Part shown: in pieces, positions 1 through 12,791 of the stretch
Position numbering within the stretch: position 1 is the first letter of the stretch
Layout of the letters: each line of letters opens with the position of its first letter
Source of the DNA: Octopus vulgaris
Lineage: Eukaryota
NCBI GenBank assembly: GCA_951406725.2
Contig: OX597818.1
Span: forward strand, 61,070,001 to 61,134,000
Reading direction: 5' to 3'
DNA length: 64,000 nt
The notes under the pieces: model-generated
The model's database searches: none
The model's input: the letters and a program-made list of their open reading frames with translations, nothing else
Told to the model about the DNA's origin: nothing
Translations under genes and position numbers: made by a program

Positions 1-109
1 CAAGAAGGCAGAGACACAAAAATTGAAAGAATCTAAAAGATTTATAATAATGTTCAAGACAACTTAGTTTGCAATCAACTATTAATACGGGAATAGAAAG
101 GTCTCTTAC

Positions 110-168
110 CCTACTACTATATTGGTCAGTTAAAGTTGAGACAGTGTCACATGACAACTTGCTGGAGC
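110..168 (-). CDS. Candidate cytoplasmic-tail exon of the nephrin-like gene
   Basis: Acceptor ttttttccctttaaatacctgctgctag|GC and strong donor AGG|gtaaga; 59 bp, phase 1/0, open frame GSSKLSCDTVSTLTDQYSSR. Phase-compatible with the 5991-6062 candidate. No homology support. Confidence 0.4.
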
Positions 169-1068
169 CTAGCAGCAGGTATTTAAAGGGAAAAAATTTG
201 ACAAGTCAGTCAGTCGCCAGCTGACACTCATTGACGCTACATCGAAGAGGCCAGGGAACAGAAGAAAGAAGACATGCACTCAACACCAGAGCTGAAGACA
301 CCTCCGAAAGGGGGGTGGGGGCCCGCCACATCAAAACGGTAGAGGAATAGGGGCCGAAACCGGACGTGGTTCCTCCTGATGATGTCTTGAGCTAACTGGT
401 TCCTATAAAGGATCTGTTGTGGTAGCAGAACACGAAACACGGTTGTAATTCCTCCTAATGATAGTGTTCTAGTAACAACAGATGGTATTTAGCAAAAAGT
501 CAGATGTAGAAGATTTTACTTTAGACTTTTTTCAGAGAAAATATCAACTTCAATGAAATGCTCAACAGAGCTGAAGTATAAGAGATAGGGAAACTTCACA
601 TCATATGTCTTAAACTAGCTTAGAGGAAAAGAAAATTATACTATTATCAAGAGTTAAAGGAATGGCAGAGGCCAATCAAGCAAAATGAATACTATGAAAG
701 AGAAATCAATGTGTGAGTGTTTATATATCATCATCATCATAGTTTAATGTCCGTTTTCCATGCTGGCATAGGTTAGAGCAGGCTGGGTGGGGAATATGCA
801 TATGTATATACATATAGCACAAGTGTGTGTGTGTATATATGTATGTATGTATGTATATATATATATAAGTAAATGGATGAATGAATTATCCTTTGTTTAC
901 CGTTACCATGGAATATTCAATAAACAGTTACCAGGGTAGCAAAATTCATGCAAGTAACAAGGATGTAGCGACCTATTCAAAGGTAGAAACTCTGGGTTAA
1001 TGTGCAGTAATTTGTATAGTATAAGTAAATAAATGGAGTTGAACGCAGGTGTTATACAAATTCTTTTA

Positions 1069-1154
1069 CTTTCAACATATGTTTCGAAGACAACCTTGGT
1101 TTTGTTCCAAAGGAATAAACGGTGTAAAATAATGTAATCTTCTCATCAGGAAAG
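1069..1154 (-). ncRNA. Type I hammerhead ribozyme motif (Penelope-like-element type, palindromic stem III)
   Basis: Minus strand reads CTTTC-CTGATGA-GAAGAT-(45 nt)-GTCTTC-GAAA-C-ATAT-G-T-T-GAAAG. Core intact; stem I CTTTC/GAAAG, stem II GAAGAT/GTCTTC, stem III palindrome ACATATGT, cleavage triplet GUU. Confidence 0.75.
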
Positions 1155-1278
1155 AAAGAGAGCCTATCTCAACAACAAGACATTATAACTATGATAAACA
1201 GAACGTTATTAAGTATTTTTAAAAAACTGTTAGTAGATTCGATGTCAAAGGCAGATTCTAGAAAGAGAAGGGGTAAAG

Positions 1279-1324
<46 letters not shown>

Positions 1325-1718
1325 AAAATGGGAGGGTGGATGCATGTTAGTGATTCACTTTATATTTAAATCAGTGCAAGTGGTCATGTGTGGATAGGAA
1401 GAGGAAAAGAGAGAGTAGAATCAGTAATATAAGAGAAGTAAAAGAGAATGGTCTTGGATTTCTTTGTCCTGAATTCAGTGTACATGCAGTGTGAGGGTGG
1501 AGTGTTGAACATTTGATTTAACTCCAATGTGGAAACGTACAAAGCAATGCATTAATGGATTTAGGAATTTCCATCCAAAAGTTTGTCATATATTTGTGTG
1601 TGTGCACACAAGTATGACTATATATTTTTTTTTTTAATCTCCAGCATCTTAACATCATGTGATAGTTGTAAACGAGTGTTACTGTTATACAAGCAGTACT
1701 GTTCCAATCCAATATTCT

Positions 1719-2495
1719 GTGGCAGAAACGTTAGCACGTCGGGTGAAATGCTTAGCGTTATTTCGTCTGCCATTACGTTCTGAGTTCAAATTCCGCCAAG
1801 ATCGACTTTGCCTTTCATCCTTTTGGGGCCAATAAATTAAGTACCAGTTATGCACTGATGTCGATGTAATCGACTTAATCCCTTTGTCTGTCCTTGTTTG
1901 TCCTCTCTGTGTTTAGCCCCTTGTGGGTAGTAAAGAAATAGGTATTTCGTCTGCCGTTACATCCCGAGTTCAAATTCTGCCGAGATCGACTTTGCCTTTT
2001 CATCCTTTCGGGGTTGATAAATTAAGTACCAGTTACGCACTGATGTCGATGTAATCGACTTAATCCATCCGTCTGTCCTTGTTTGTCCTCTCTGTGTTTA
2101 GCCCCTTGTGGGTAGTAAAGAAATAGGTATTTCGTCTGCCGTTACATTCTGAGTTCAAATTCTGCCGAGATCGACTTTGCCTTTCATCCTTTTGGGGTCG
2201 ATAAATTAAGTACCAGTTACGCACTGATGTCGATGTAATCGACTTAATCCATCCTTTGTCTGTCCTTGTTTGTCCTCTCTGTGTTTAGCCCCTTGTGGGT
2301 AGTAAAGAAATAGGTATTTCGTCTGCCGTTACATTCTGAGTTCAAATTCTGCCGAGATCAACTTTGCCTTTTCATCCTTTCGGGGTTGATAAATTAAGTA
2401 CCAGTTATGCACTGGGGGCGATATAATCGACTTAATCCCTTTGTCTGTCCTTGTTTGTCCCCTCTATGTTTAGCCCATTGTGGGCAATAAAGAAA
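1719..2495 (+). mobile_element. tRNA-derived SINE family B, tandem tetramer
   Basis: One head (TGGCAGAAACGTTAGC, A-box-like; GAGTTCAAATTCC, B-box-like) followed by four ~185-bp units starting gtatttcgtctgcc near 1757, 1942, 2127 and 2314. Confidence 0.88.
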
Positions 2496-3840
2496 CAGGA
2501 AACATGTTTGGCCATGGGGAACCTTACTTAAAAACAAGTGAAGGCTGACAATAAGCTCTTTCTGACCCATAAAAACATGGAAAAGTGGACACTAAAAATA
2601 ATGATGATGATGACAAGCATGGGGGGGGGGGGGCTAACACTCGTAGGCTTTTATACTACAAAACCAGCAAATAGATGCATGTGTTTGTGTGTATGCTGCC
2701 CACATGGACGGAAAAGGAGAAATTCAAAAACAACATTATCGATAAACTACTGACTCATAAGGCACTTTCGATTCCATTGTACAAAGAGAAACTACAAAAC
2801 CAAGAAAAAAAAAAAAAGAAAAGGAAAAAGCTGAGTGAGTGAAACAAATGCCAGTCAGTGAGAGATATACAAAACGAATTTATTATAGACCGTTCTCTCC
2901 AGAATGTAGAAACCAATTGAATACATTAATTACACACTAAGTAAAAATACCAAACCAACATATACATATTGTATGAACCGAAAACATCTTGGTTACATAA
3001 TACATGAAAGCTGTTATCAGGAACTCATCAAACAGAAGGTTGTAAGTATTATACTCTGTCAAAAACTACCGGTCATATTATGTCTAAAACAAAAAAAAAA
3101 ATAAAGTACAATAAAAAAATCTAAATTTTAAAATATCTTCGACTACAAATCTACCAACTGCCGAATAAATTTCATATGACTAATGTAATTTAAAAATTTA
3201 TAGGCAAGTATGAAATTTCTAAACTTCATAATCAGTTATATTATTCATACAGGTACCTCACTTTTTTGTCAGCACACCATGCATCTAGAACAAGGAGCCA
3301 TTATAAAACATAAGAATACAGAAGAGAAAAATAAACTAACTAGAAATGCGAGTTAACAACACAACTCTATTTATATAAAACTCCCAATAGAAGGAGAAAA
3401 TTGCTCATGGAAGCTAGAAAATAAAAAGTAATATTTAACAAAAGACTTCCACCAACAGAAAGCATACTTGAACAACAAACTAACCAGACACTACAGCTAC
3501 ATTATTTTCTGATTTACTGAAAATAACCTGATGTCTAATGTAAATAAATAAAAATAATATGGAGTAAGGTGATAACAAATGAAAAACAGACATAATTCTT
3601 ATAATATTCATCTAAAACAGAAAAAAGAAAAAAACGACCCAACGAAATAATAACAAAAGCATCTAAAATGTTTTTCACAGAGAATAAGACTGGGAAGTTT
3701 AGAAATGTTGAAGGAGCTCAGAAATGTACAGTTGCAAAGGAAACGAATAAATGGCTGTGAAACGTCCCTCATACAAAGTTGAATCTAGAGTAGATACATG
3801 TTTTATATAATGCAAACATGTTTTATATAATGCAAACATG

Positions 3841-4220
3841 GAGGCGCAATGGCCCAATGGTTAGGGCAGCGGACTCGCGGTCGTAGGATCGCGGTTTCGA
3901 TTCCCAGACCAGGCGTTGTGAGTGTTTATTGAGCGAAATCACCTCAAGCTCCACGAGGCTCCGGCAGGGGATGGTGGTGATCCCTGCTGTACTCTTTCAC
4001 CACAGCTTTCTCTCACTTTTTCTTCCTGTTTCTGTTGTACCTGTATTTCAAAGGGCCAGCCTTGTCACTCTCTTTGTCACGCTCAATATCCCCGAGAACT
4101 ACGTTAAGGGTACACGTGTCTGTGGAGTGCTCAGCCACTTACACGTTAATTTCATGAGCAGTCTGTTCCGTTGATCGGATCAACCGGAACCCCCGTCGTC
4201 GTAACCGATGGAGTGCTTCC
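3841..4220 (+). mobile_element. tRNA-derived SINE family E, full length
   Basis: Head GAGGCGCAATGGCCCAATGGTTAGGGCAGCGGACTCGCGG...GGTTTCGATTCCC; 12-bp target site duplication aatgcaaacatg at 3829-3840 and 4221-4232. Confidence 0.85.
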
Positions 4221-4694
4221 AATGCAAACATGAAGTATTTCAAGAATATAGCATTTTGTGCATGTGTATGAACATGGTGTGCTTCCGTATGTGTGTGTAA
4301 CTGATTTTTACTTCTGCTTTTCCATGCTGGCATGGAGCGGATGACTTATTGAAATGGTTTTTTTTACAGTTGGATGGTATTGTCGTTGCAATCCTTTACT
4401 TAGGACTTCACAAATTAAAAAGACCAGCACTAAAACAAATATATTACTAACAGGAGATACATTCAAAGACATGCAGATTGCAGATGTACATCTGTGTGCA
4501 CATACACAAAACATGTATATGTATCATTCATTTCGTTTTACATCCATTTTATCAGGCTTGCATGGATCATACACATTATACTTTATACAAGAGTGCGAAA
4601 GAAGGCTCCATAAATATCAAAAGCACAACCACTTGCCCCAGTTTAAGGCCAAGTACTAATTAAGATGACTACAAATACTTCACATATGTATTGT

Positions 4695-4890
4695 TTACCC
4701 TTTCACTTGTTTCAGTCATTTGACTGCGGCCATGCTAGAGCACTGCCTTTAGTCGAACAAATCGACCCCGGGACTTATTCTTTGTAAGCCTAGTACTTGT
4801 TCTATCAGTCTCTTTTGCCAAACCACTAAGTTACGGGGACGTAAACACACCAGCATCGGTTGTCAAGCGATGTTCGGGGGAAAAACACAG

Positions 4891-4945
<55 letters not shown>

Positions 4946-5108
4946 GGACGGGCTTCTTTCAGTTTCTGTCTACCAAATCCACTCACAAGGCTTTGGTCGG
5001 CCCGAGGCTATAGTAGAAGACACTTGCCCAAGGTGCCACACAGTGGGACTGAACCCAGAACCATGTGGTTGGTAAGCAAGCTACTTACCACAAAGCCACT
5101 CCTGCACC
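4695..5108 (-). mobile_element. tRNA-derived SINE family A with internal (TA/CA)n tract
   Basis: Reverse complement of the GGAGTGGCTGTGTGGTAAG...GGTTCAGTCCCACTG...GACTGAAACAAGTAAAAG family repeated many times in the window. Confidence 0.88.
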
Positions 5109-5990
5109 TGTTTGTTTAAATATCTGTAACTATAATTTCCAAAGTTAGCGTTTGCACTCAATAATAATCTCATCTCTGTGAAAGACAAAAAGATGCCATA
5201 ACAGAAAGTGTTATAAGGAGGATACAGAACCTGACTGGCATAAGTTGAAGCAATAATTTCTGAGACACACTAGTATTGCTAAAGAATTAACTTAGGAAGG
5301 AAGAAGAACAAAACTAATTTGATTAATAAATGAAATTGTCAACACATGAAAGTCTAATAATACTTCTGTTTCATAATTAACATATCTGCTTTGAATTTTA
5401 GACACACTTCGAGTTTCTCAAACTGAATCAGGGTTTATAGACACACACGAGAGTATTATCTATGTTTAGATATAATTCATATAAGCAGAAAATGGCAAAT
5501 GTCAGGTAAAACAACACTGAGAATATTGTTTTTAAAGATACATTGCTAGAAAGTCGAAATGTAATATCTGGAATTATAGACTCATAGAAATGCTGGAATA
5601 GTGGAATCAGTCAAACCGTGTGCTGTCAAAATATGTTGGTTAGCTAAATGCTAAGAGTTGCTATTAAGTTAAAATCTAACCTTATTTACTATATTTAAAT
5701 TTTTTTTGCTTGGCTATAGGCTTTACATCAAATTAATAGAAATAAAATTAAATGAAAAGTGACAAATTTGGATGTAGAAATTTCAGTTGTCAATACTTTA
5801 ATAAAAAGATGATGAAAACGAAATTTATTTTAGTTTTGTATTTAAATACAAAATCAAATGGAGACAATTGTAATAAAATTAATAATACAAAAAAAAAAAA
5901 CAACAACATACAAACAGCTCTCTACAGGCTGCACTGGGGTAAAGTTTCTTTCAACCAGCTGATATAAGGTTGGCACGTATCTATAATTAC

Positions 5991-6062
5991 CTCGTTGTCT
6001 AGGTATCGTCTCATTTGTTCCACTATGGTTGGAGCTGTGAAGGGCATACCACTCAAGGTGTC
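5991..6062 (-). CDS. Candidate cytoplasmic-tail exon of the nephrin-like gene
   Basis: Acceptor gttgtag|GA and donor GAG|gtaatt; 72 bp, phase 1/1, open frame HLEWYALHSSNHSGTNETIPRQR in non-repetitive sequence. No homology support. Confidence 0.4.
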
Positions 6063-8778
6063 CTACAACGGTACAGCATAACTGTACTAAAGATTCTCTC
6101 ATGCATATATAGTACACTGATGAACTTAAACCCACTCCTCAGAAACTCTACACATTAATTAGCAGTAGCAAAAGAAGTCTGATGGTTAATACAAGTTGAA
6201 CGATAGTAAGAATACAAAACCTACCACCAACAGTATAAATAGGAGACACATTTAATAAGATTCTTGTAGCAATAATCAGCTGATATTTGCTGTTTTTACT
6301 CTGGGTTAATTTGGAAAGGAAAATATAAATATATACTTATTTTTTTATAAAAAATGGATACCAATAAAAACAAAATTGACTTTTGAAGGTATGAAATTGA
6401 ATTATGACTTGGATAATGAAAGACATTTTCAGGTTACATTTTTGGTTTCTCATTTATACTTTGGATATGAAGGTTTTTGTATTCTTACTCTCAAGAAGGA
6501 ATTATGAAAATTTACTGATACAGAGGAAAAAAATTCAAGGACTATTAAAATAAAAAGAAAGAAATCAATATGAATAATAAAATTTATACTAAATTCAAAT
6601 AAAATTTCATTGCTACTTTTCCTTTTTTTTTTTTATTTTTAGTTCAAACATGTTATAATTTATTTCATATGTTATAATTTATTTTGTTTCAACTGATGAA
6701 TTTTTACCATCTTGCATGAGATCACCTTCACCCACACAGTATACCAACAAGGAATTATTAAAAAAAAAACACACGAAAAAAAAAACACAAAATAAATGAA
6801 CAAATGAACCTGATGCAACAACATTTGTATTTAAAATTCTGAAGATATTGAGTTTTTAACACATCCTAATGAGAGAAAATGTAGTTTTATGAGCTTACTA
6901 ACTTCATTTAACTGATAACATCTAATTTGTAACATGACACCTGACTGAAAATGACATCAGTGGAGCTAGTTTGGTGTGAAATATGCATTTATAAAATAAA
7001 ATTAAATTGTGTAAGGAGTTAATCTTTTATTTGTAAAACTAGAAAAAATATGAAAACAGCTTTTTTTTTTTTGTTTTGTTATTTAGCTTTATCTTATTTC
7101 ATGAAATATTAAAGTAACTGGTAGCCAAAGCAGCAGGGAAAATTCTAATTGTCTGCACAGCTCAATAATCAAAAGATATTTCAAAGTTAATTAGAAACAA
7201 TTTTCAGCAAGAAGACTAAGAATTATTAAGGACAGAAGACGAGTTGCTTAATTAGAGGAATATAGCTTACTTTTTTTGTATGTTTATCTTGGATGGTGAG
7301 AAAGAGTAAGCATCGGGGAGGAATAGATGCAAAACAAACAATAAAACTGTTTGAAAGACTGTGTATGTGAGAGAGAAAGAAGGAGAGAAAGAAAGGGAGA
7401 AAGAGAGAGGAAGAAGGAGAGAGAGATGTGTATCAAAGTGCACATGTCGCCTGAGAATGGATATGAGATTAAAATGAGTAAAGAAGCATAACAGCAAGTG
7501 TTACAGGAGTGTGTGTAGTGTATTTCACGGATGAATACACATACATGTGCGTATTTCTGCCATGTAAATGTGTGGGAACCATTACCATGTGTGAGTTTTA
7601 CTGACATAATTAAACATGGAGTCTCTATCTTAAATTTAGAACAATCCTGACATCTTGGGTTAATTTAAAGTTTGCTTTAACTTAATACCAGACCTACAGA
7701 AGCTGCACCACATTCCTTACTTGAACACAATTCTGTATGCGAGTAAGGAATATGGTGTAGCTTAATGAGCAAGGTATGGCTGATACAAACATGCTTGGTC
7801 AATAAAACAGAGTTCTTGGATATGAGGCATTTAGTAACCGACCGTCGTAAGCGCTGCAACTTAAAAATCGAGAAAAACCCAAAGTTTCAGGACTTTCACA
7901 ATACGATATCTTGGTAAGGAATGAAGTTAGGTAGCTGGTTTTGGACTTAAAAGGATCATGAAGACCTCCTCTAATCATTTCACCTATGTAAAATTATTTA
8001 TGTATCTGAAAGATGAAACAATGACTGCATCTTTCTCACCTGGTAGAATATACTGGTACTACGAAACACAGTGTATCGTATTGCCTATTTTAGCTGTAAT
8101 ACCTAGAAAAATACATACAGAGACCCCACCCAAAGGTATTGCTTGTGTTTTAATATACCAAGGTTAGTATCTTTAACACAATATAGTAAGATAATAGCCC
8201 ATTATGATTATGATGGTAATGAGGAATATTAGAAAATGAGCCATAACACCTCGGAAAAGATACAGGGACCACACTGAAGTTATTGATTGAGTATGTGTAC
8301 TTATGATGGTGTGTTACTAAACTCTCTGGTCTGAGTTTGGGGGAGTGAGTGTTGTGTCAATAGTATCGAGGTACAATATTTTTCAGCTGGATTTTTGACC
8401 TTATTGCAAGCCTCACTGGTTCTTCCGCCCAACTGTTTTGGATTCTAGTCATCTAGATCAAGAAAATGATATACTAACCTCAAAAATGGCCAGGGTGGCA
8501 CTACAACTCTGTTACTAAATACCTCCTATAGAGAAATGGTTATGAATAAATTTTCCTGGTAGTAATTAGTGTAACAAAGTATACAATTGACTTAATGGAA
8601 ATGACTGGTTTGAACCAATGGCACAGAATTGAGGTAAATTAATGTTGTCTAAATGTACTGAAATTTTCCTTTTAGTTAGAGAACGGAAAACTCATGGGAT
8701 TCATTTGCTAGTGGCTAAAAAAGAAAAAAGAACATTATTTTAATAAATTAAAAAGCAATTGAAAAAGTTAAATTCTTG

Positions 8779-8952
8779 TAACCTGCAGCATTCAGGTTTC
8801 TTTGTCAAATGTATTGCTTATTTACCCACAATATTCTGAATTAATTACACATTATCTTGTTGCTTCAAAATTTTAATAGTGTTTGTATATTTTTAGAATG
8901 ACATTGTGGGGTATAGGATCTTGTCAGGCTGGACTAAATGCCAAAGGGTTAA
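8779..8952. mobile_element. Degenerate piggyBac-type MITE (relative of 12792-13020 and 50030-50255)
   Basis: Ends aaagggTTAA; internal similarity (gtcaaat...cattatcttgt...gaatgacattgt) to the 50030 copy. Confidence 0.55.
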
Positions 8953-10194
8953 GGAAAAATCATGCCCTTCTTAGTAAAGATGGTGTCAACACTGGGCATG
9001 TTTTGGTCTTATTGGACCTTATTAGGGAAGCATAGATGACAAATCAACTGGATCAATATAGAAGATTTTCTCTTTTCTTAATTTATTGAAATTTCCTCAA
9101 AGTCTTCTTTGCAAATCACTAATGATTGCCACAAGGTTCCATTTCCTTTCTCCAGCTATGAAGGAAATTCCAATTCATTAAGAACTATCAGAGTAGATCC
9201 ATACATATTCCATTCAATTCAATCCCTGCTTCTGGTTTATTTAAATTATTTCCATTACCTTAATTTTGTTTATCCACTCCTGCAAATTACTGCAGGCAAA
9301 AATTATTTGTAGTGCTTTTTTCTAAAAGTAAAAAAAAAACCTATGTTTATTTATCAAATGAATAGTCCTCTCTCTTGCACTGGTGAGTTTCAATAAGTTG
9401 GAACATGTCTGTTGTTGTCACCATCTCCAGATTTAGATATTTTCTTACCCCATGGAAAGTTTTTAAAATTAATTCTTAATCTATTGAAACTAACCTTTTT
9501 TTTGCCATTCACTCGTGAATGGCACAGGGGTTACGTTTTCTTTCTCCAACTAAGAGGAAAATTTCAATTAAGAAAGAATTCTTTGCATCTGTCATTCTGA
9601 GCATATATACACTTGAATTCTATATCTAATAGGATGAAACTAAAGAAAGAACTGTGAAATAAGACAGAAACAACTCTGTTCTTTGCAAAGAAAGGAATAA
9701 GCTAAGTCCAAAGTCTGAGTGGTCGGCACGAGCAAATATCAGTTGATGTAAAATTGATTAGGTTTGTGTACCATGGACAGAGGTGAATTCTTGTGTTTCT
9801 CAGTTCTGGCTATTCAACACCAGTACTTTACTGTCATACAAATAAAGCAAAACGAAATAAAATGAACAACAAACAAAAAAAAACAAAACCCAAAAATCAA
9901 TGGCTTTTAAAGAAATGACAAAAGGAAATATAATTTGATATTTTCAGAAACAATGGCTAGTTTGGATGTCAATGATATTCTTACTTCCTTGAATCAGAAT
10001 CTATATATTCTGAACCGAAAACCATGCAAATGACACAAATGATAGATAACACCATCTTTCAATTTGATGACCGAGTTACAACTGTGACATAAATGTTAAC
10101 CCATCATTTTCTTTCTTTACAAACAGATTCTTAAGGCTATCGGTAAATTTGTAAATTGTTTTGTTTCCTTTTTCGTTTTTATCTTGAAAGTAAG

Positions 10195-11035
10195 AGCTTG
10201 TGGCTTAGTGGTTAGGCTGCTGAATTCGCAATCATAAAGATCTTGGTTTCAATTTCCAGACCAGATCAGACCAGACCAGACAGTTTATTGTGGTCTTGCA
10301 CCAAAGAGCACTTTGTCTTGCATTGCTCTATTCCAGCCAGTGGTAAATGAGTGATAGTGGCGAGCTGGCAGACACGTTAGCAGGCTGGGCGAAATGCTAA
10401 GCGGTATTTCATCTGTCGCTACGTTCTGAGTTCGAATTCCACCGAGGTCGACTTTGCCTTTCCTCCTTTTGGGGTCAATTAATCAAATCAAATCAAAATC
10501 GATGAACATCAATGGAACACCATCCGAGCATGGCCGTTTGCCAGCCTCGTCTGGCACCTGTGTCGGTGGCACATAAAAAACACCGTCCGAGCGTGGCTGT
10601 TCGCCAGCCTCGTCTGGTACCTATGTCGGTGGCACATAAAAAGCACCCACTACACTCACGGAGTGGTTGGCGTTAGGAAGGGCATCCAGCTGTAGAAACA
10701 CTGCCAGATCTGACTGGCCTGGTTCAGCCTTCGGGCTTCCCAGACCCCAGTTGAACCGTCCAACCCATGCTAGCATGGAAAGCGGACGTTAAACGATGAT
10801 GATGATTATGCACTGGGGTCGATGTAATTGACTTAATCCATTTGTCTGTCCTTGTTTGTCCCCTCTGTGTTTAGCCCCCTGTGGGTAGTAAAGAAATAGG
10901 TAAATGAGTGATAGCAATAGCTGGGTGGTTAACTGTGTGATGAACAGCATCTCATTCTGGGGTAGGTGGATATAACCTGTCATTTTTACACCATGGAAAC
11001 AAAGTCAAGTTCCAGCCGTAAGTCCTAGGGCTTAT
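10195..11035 (+). mobile_element. Old tRNA-derived SINE containing a nested family B SINE (10358-10898), which itself contains a family C element (~10490-10806)
   Basis: Old head tgtggcttagtggttagg...ggtttcaatttcc; 16-bp TSD ggtaaatgagtgatag at 10342-10357 and 10899-10914 around family B; family C ends cggacgttaaacgatgatgat. Confidence 0.8.
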
Positions 11036-11324
11036 GATAGAGTAAAAATCTCAAGTCTGTGTTGAAGAGAGAAAGAAACTCAAGGCTGTTTTAGTTCATT
11101 CTAATGGTGAATGCATTCTACTTACAGGAAATATCAGAACACTTCCGAGAATAAAAAAAGGTGGGGATTGAGAAATAATATTAATCATAGATTTTTGGGC
11201 AGGGTTTGATACAATGGAAGGAAATGAGACAAGATGGGTTTAAAATTAAGGGAAAATATAAAAAGGGTGAGCCAAGATTAGTAGATTCTGTTGGAGTAGG
11301 CAGATATATATATATTCCTCTCTC

Positions 11325-11533
11325 TTTTACTCTTTTGCATGTTTCAGTCATTTGACTGTGGTCATGCTGGAGCACCGCCTGTATAGTCAAGCAAATCGAC
11401 CCCAGGACTTATTCTTTGTAAACCTAGTACTTATTCTAATAGTCTCTTTTGCCAAACCACTAAGTTACGGGGACGTAAACACACCACCATCGGTTGCCAA
11501 GCGATGTTGGGGGGGACAAACACAAACACACAA

Positions 11534-11564
<31 letters not shown>

Positions 11565-11722
11565 CATACGATGGGCTCCTTTCAGTTTCCGTCTACCAAA
11601 TCCACTCACAAGGCTTTGGTTGGCCCAACGCAATAGTAGGAGACACTTGCCCAAGGTGCCATGCAGTGAGACTGAACCCGGAACTATGTGGTTGGTAAGC
11701 AAGCTATTTACCACACAGCCAC
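11325..11722 (-). mobile_element. SINE family A
   Basis: High similarity to the other family A copies; internal (CA/TA)n tract. Confidence 0.88.
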
Positions 11723-12033
11723 TTATATATATATATGAAAAAAATAGTTTCCCCATTCCATTTTTTTTTACATTAGCAACGGTTTCAGCTTAACAATAAT
11801 ACTTTGTTGGGTGCATAAAATCGTGACTCCATTACTTGTATGATATTTTCAGTGAAAAATATTGTTGCAAAACTGTTGTATGTGGGACTTATTATATTTT
11901 GGGGAAATGCTAAACTATTGTATTACACTTTGACAATTTTCATGTAAAACAGCTGGAGATACAATAGTTTAACCAAAAGAACTGGCTATTGCAAGCAAAA
12001 TTAAATATTAAAAAAAAAAAAAAATGTTTGAGT

Positions 12034-12423
12034 GGCAGGAGTGGCTGTGTGGTTATTAGCTAGCTAAACAACCACATGGTTCCGGGTTCAGTCCCACTGT
12101 GTGGCACCTTGGGCAAGTGTCTTCTGCTATAGCCCCGGGCCGACCAATGCCTTGTGAGTGGATTTGGTAGACGGAAACTGAAAGAAGCCTGTTGTATATA
12201 TGTATATATATATATGTATGTGTGTGTGTTTGTGTGTCTCCCCCTAGCATTGCTTGACAACCGATGCTGGTGTGTTTACGTCCCTGTCACTTAGCGGTTC
12301 GGCAAAAGAGATTGATAGAATAAAGTACTGGGCTTACAAAGAATATGTCCTGGGTCGATTTGCTCGACTAAAGTCGGTGCTCCAGCATGGCCGCAGTCAA
12401 ATGACTGAAACAAGTAAAAGAGT
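12034..12423 (+). mobile_element. SINE family A
   Basis: ggcaggagtggctgtgtgg...ggttccgggttcagtccc...gactgaaacaagtaaaagag. Confidence 0.88.
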
Positions 12424-12791
12424 GGCCAAATTTGGACATACGATAGTTTATCATAATAGCAATGATGTTGCCAGTGACGATAGACAGACCTATGGCCAAA
12501 AGCACATCAGCTGTAATTATTCCATTTTTTTTTACATATAGTGGGCATCTAGAATGCCCTTCCTTTACTAAGGCAGCGGAGTGTGACTTGGAGGATATTT
12601 GGCAGCTATTTCTAGCAAATTTAGGAACTGCATATAGGCTTCCCTTTCAATGGTTTGATGATCTAGTGGTTGTAGGGTGTAATGAAAATTTGCCTATCAG
12701 GGAGGTGGTATATTTGTATGTAAGCATGTTCTATAGTAAAGAATATTACGGGTTTGGATAGAGAAAGTTGTTTTTCAAGAACAAAGTGCTT

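Noticed and set aside
1757-2495. Possible CRISPR-like array
   Set aside because: Units are ~185-bp near-identical SINE bodies with no unique spacers, in a eukaryotic context with no cas genes.
8040-8102. Minus-strand segment with good AG and GT sites
   Set aside because: Stop codons in all three frames.
9985-10009. Possible 25-bp micro-exon (YIDSDSR) on the minus strand
   Set aside because: Phase 1/2 with no compatible partner exon found; too short to distinguish from chance.
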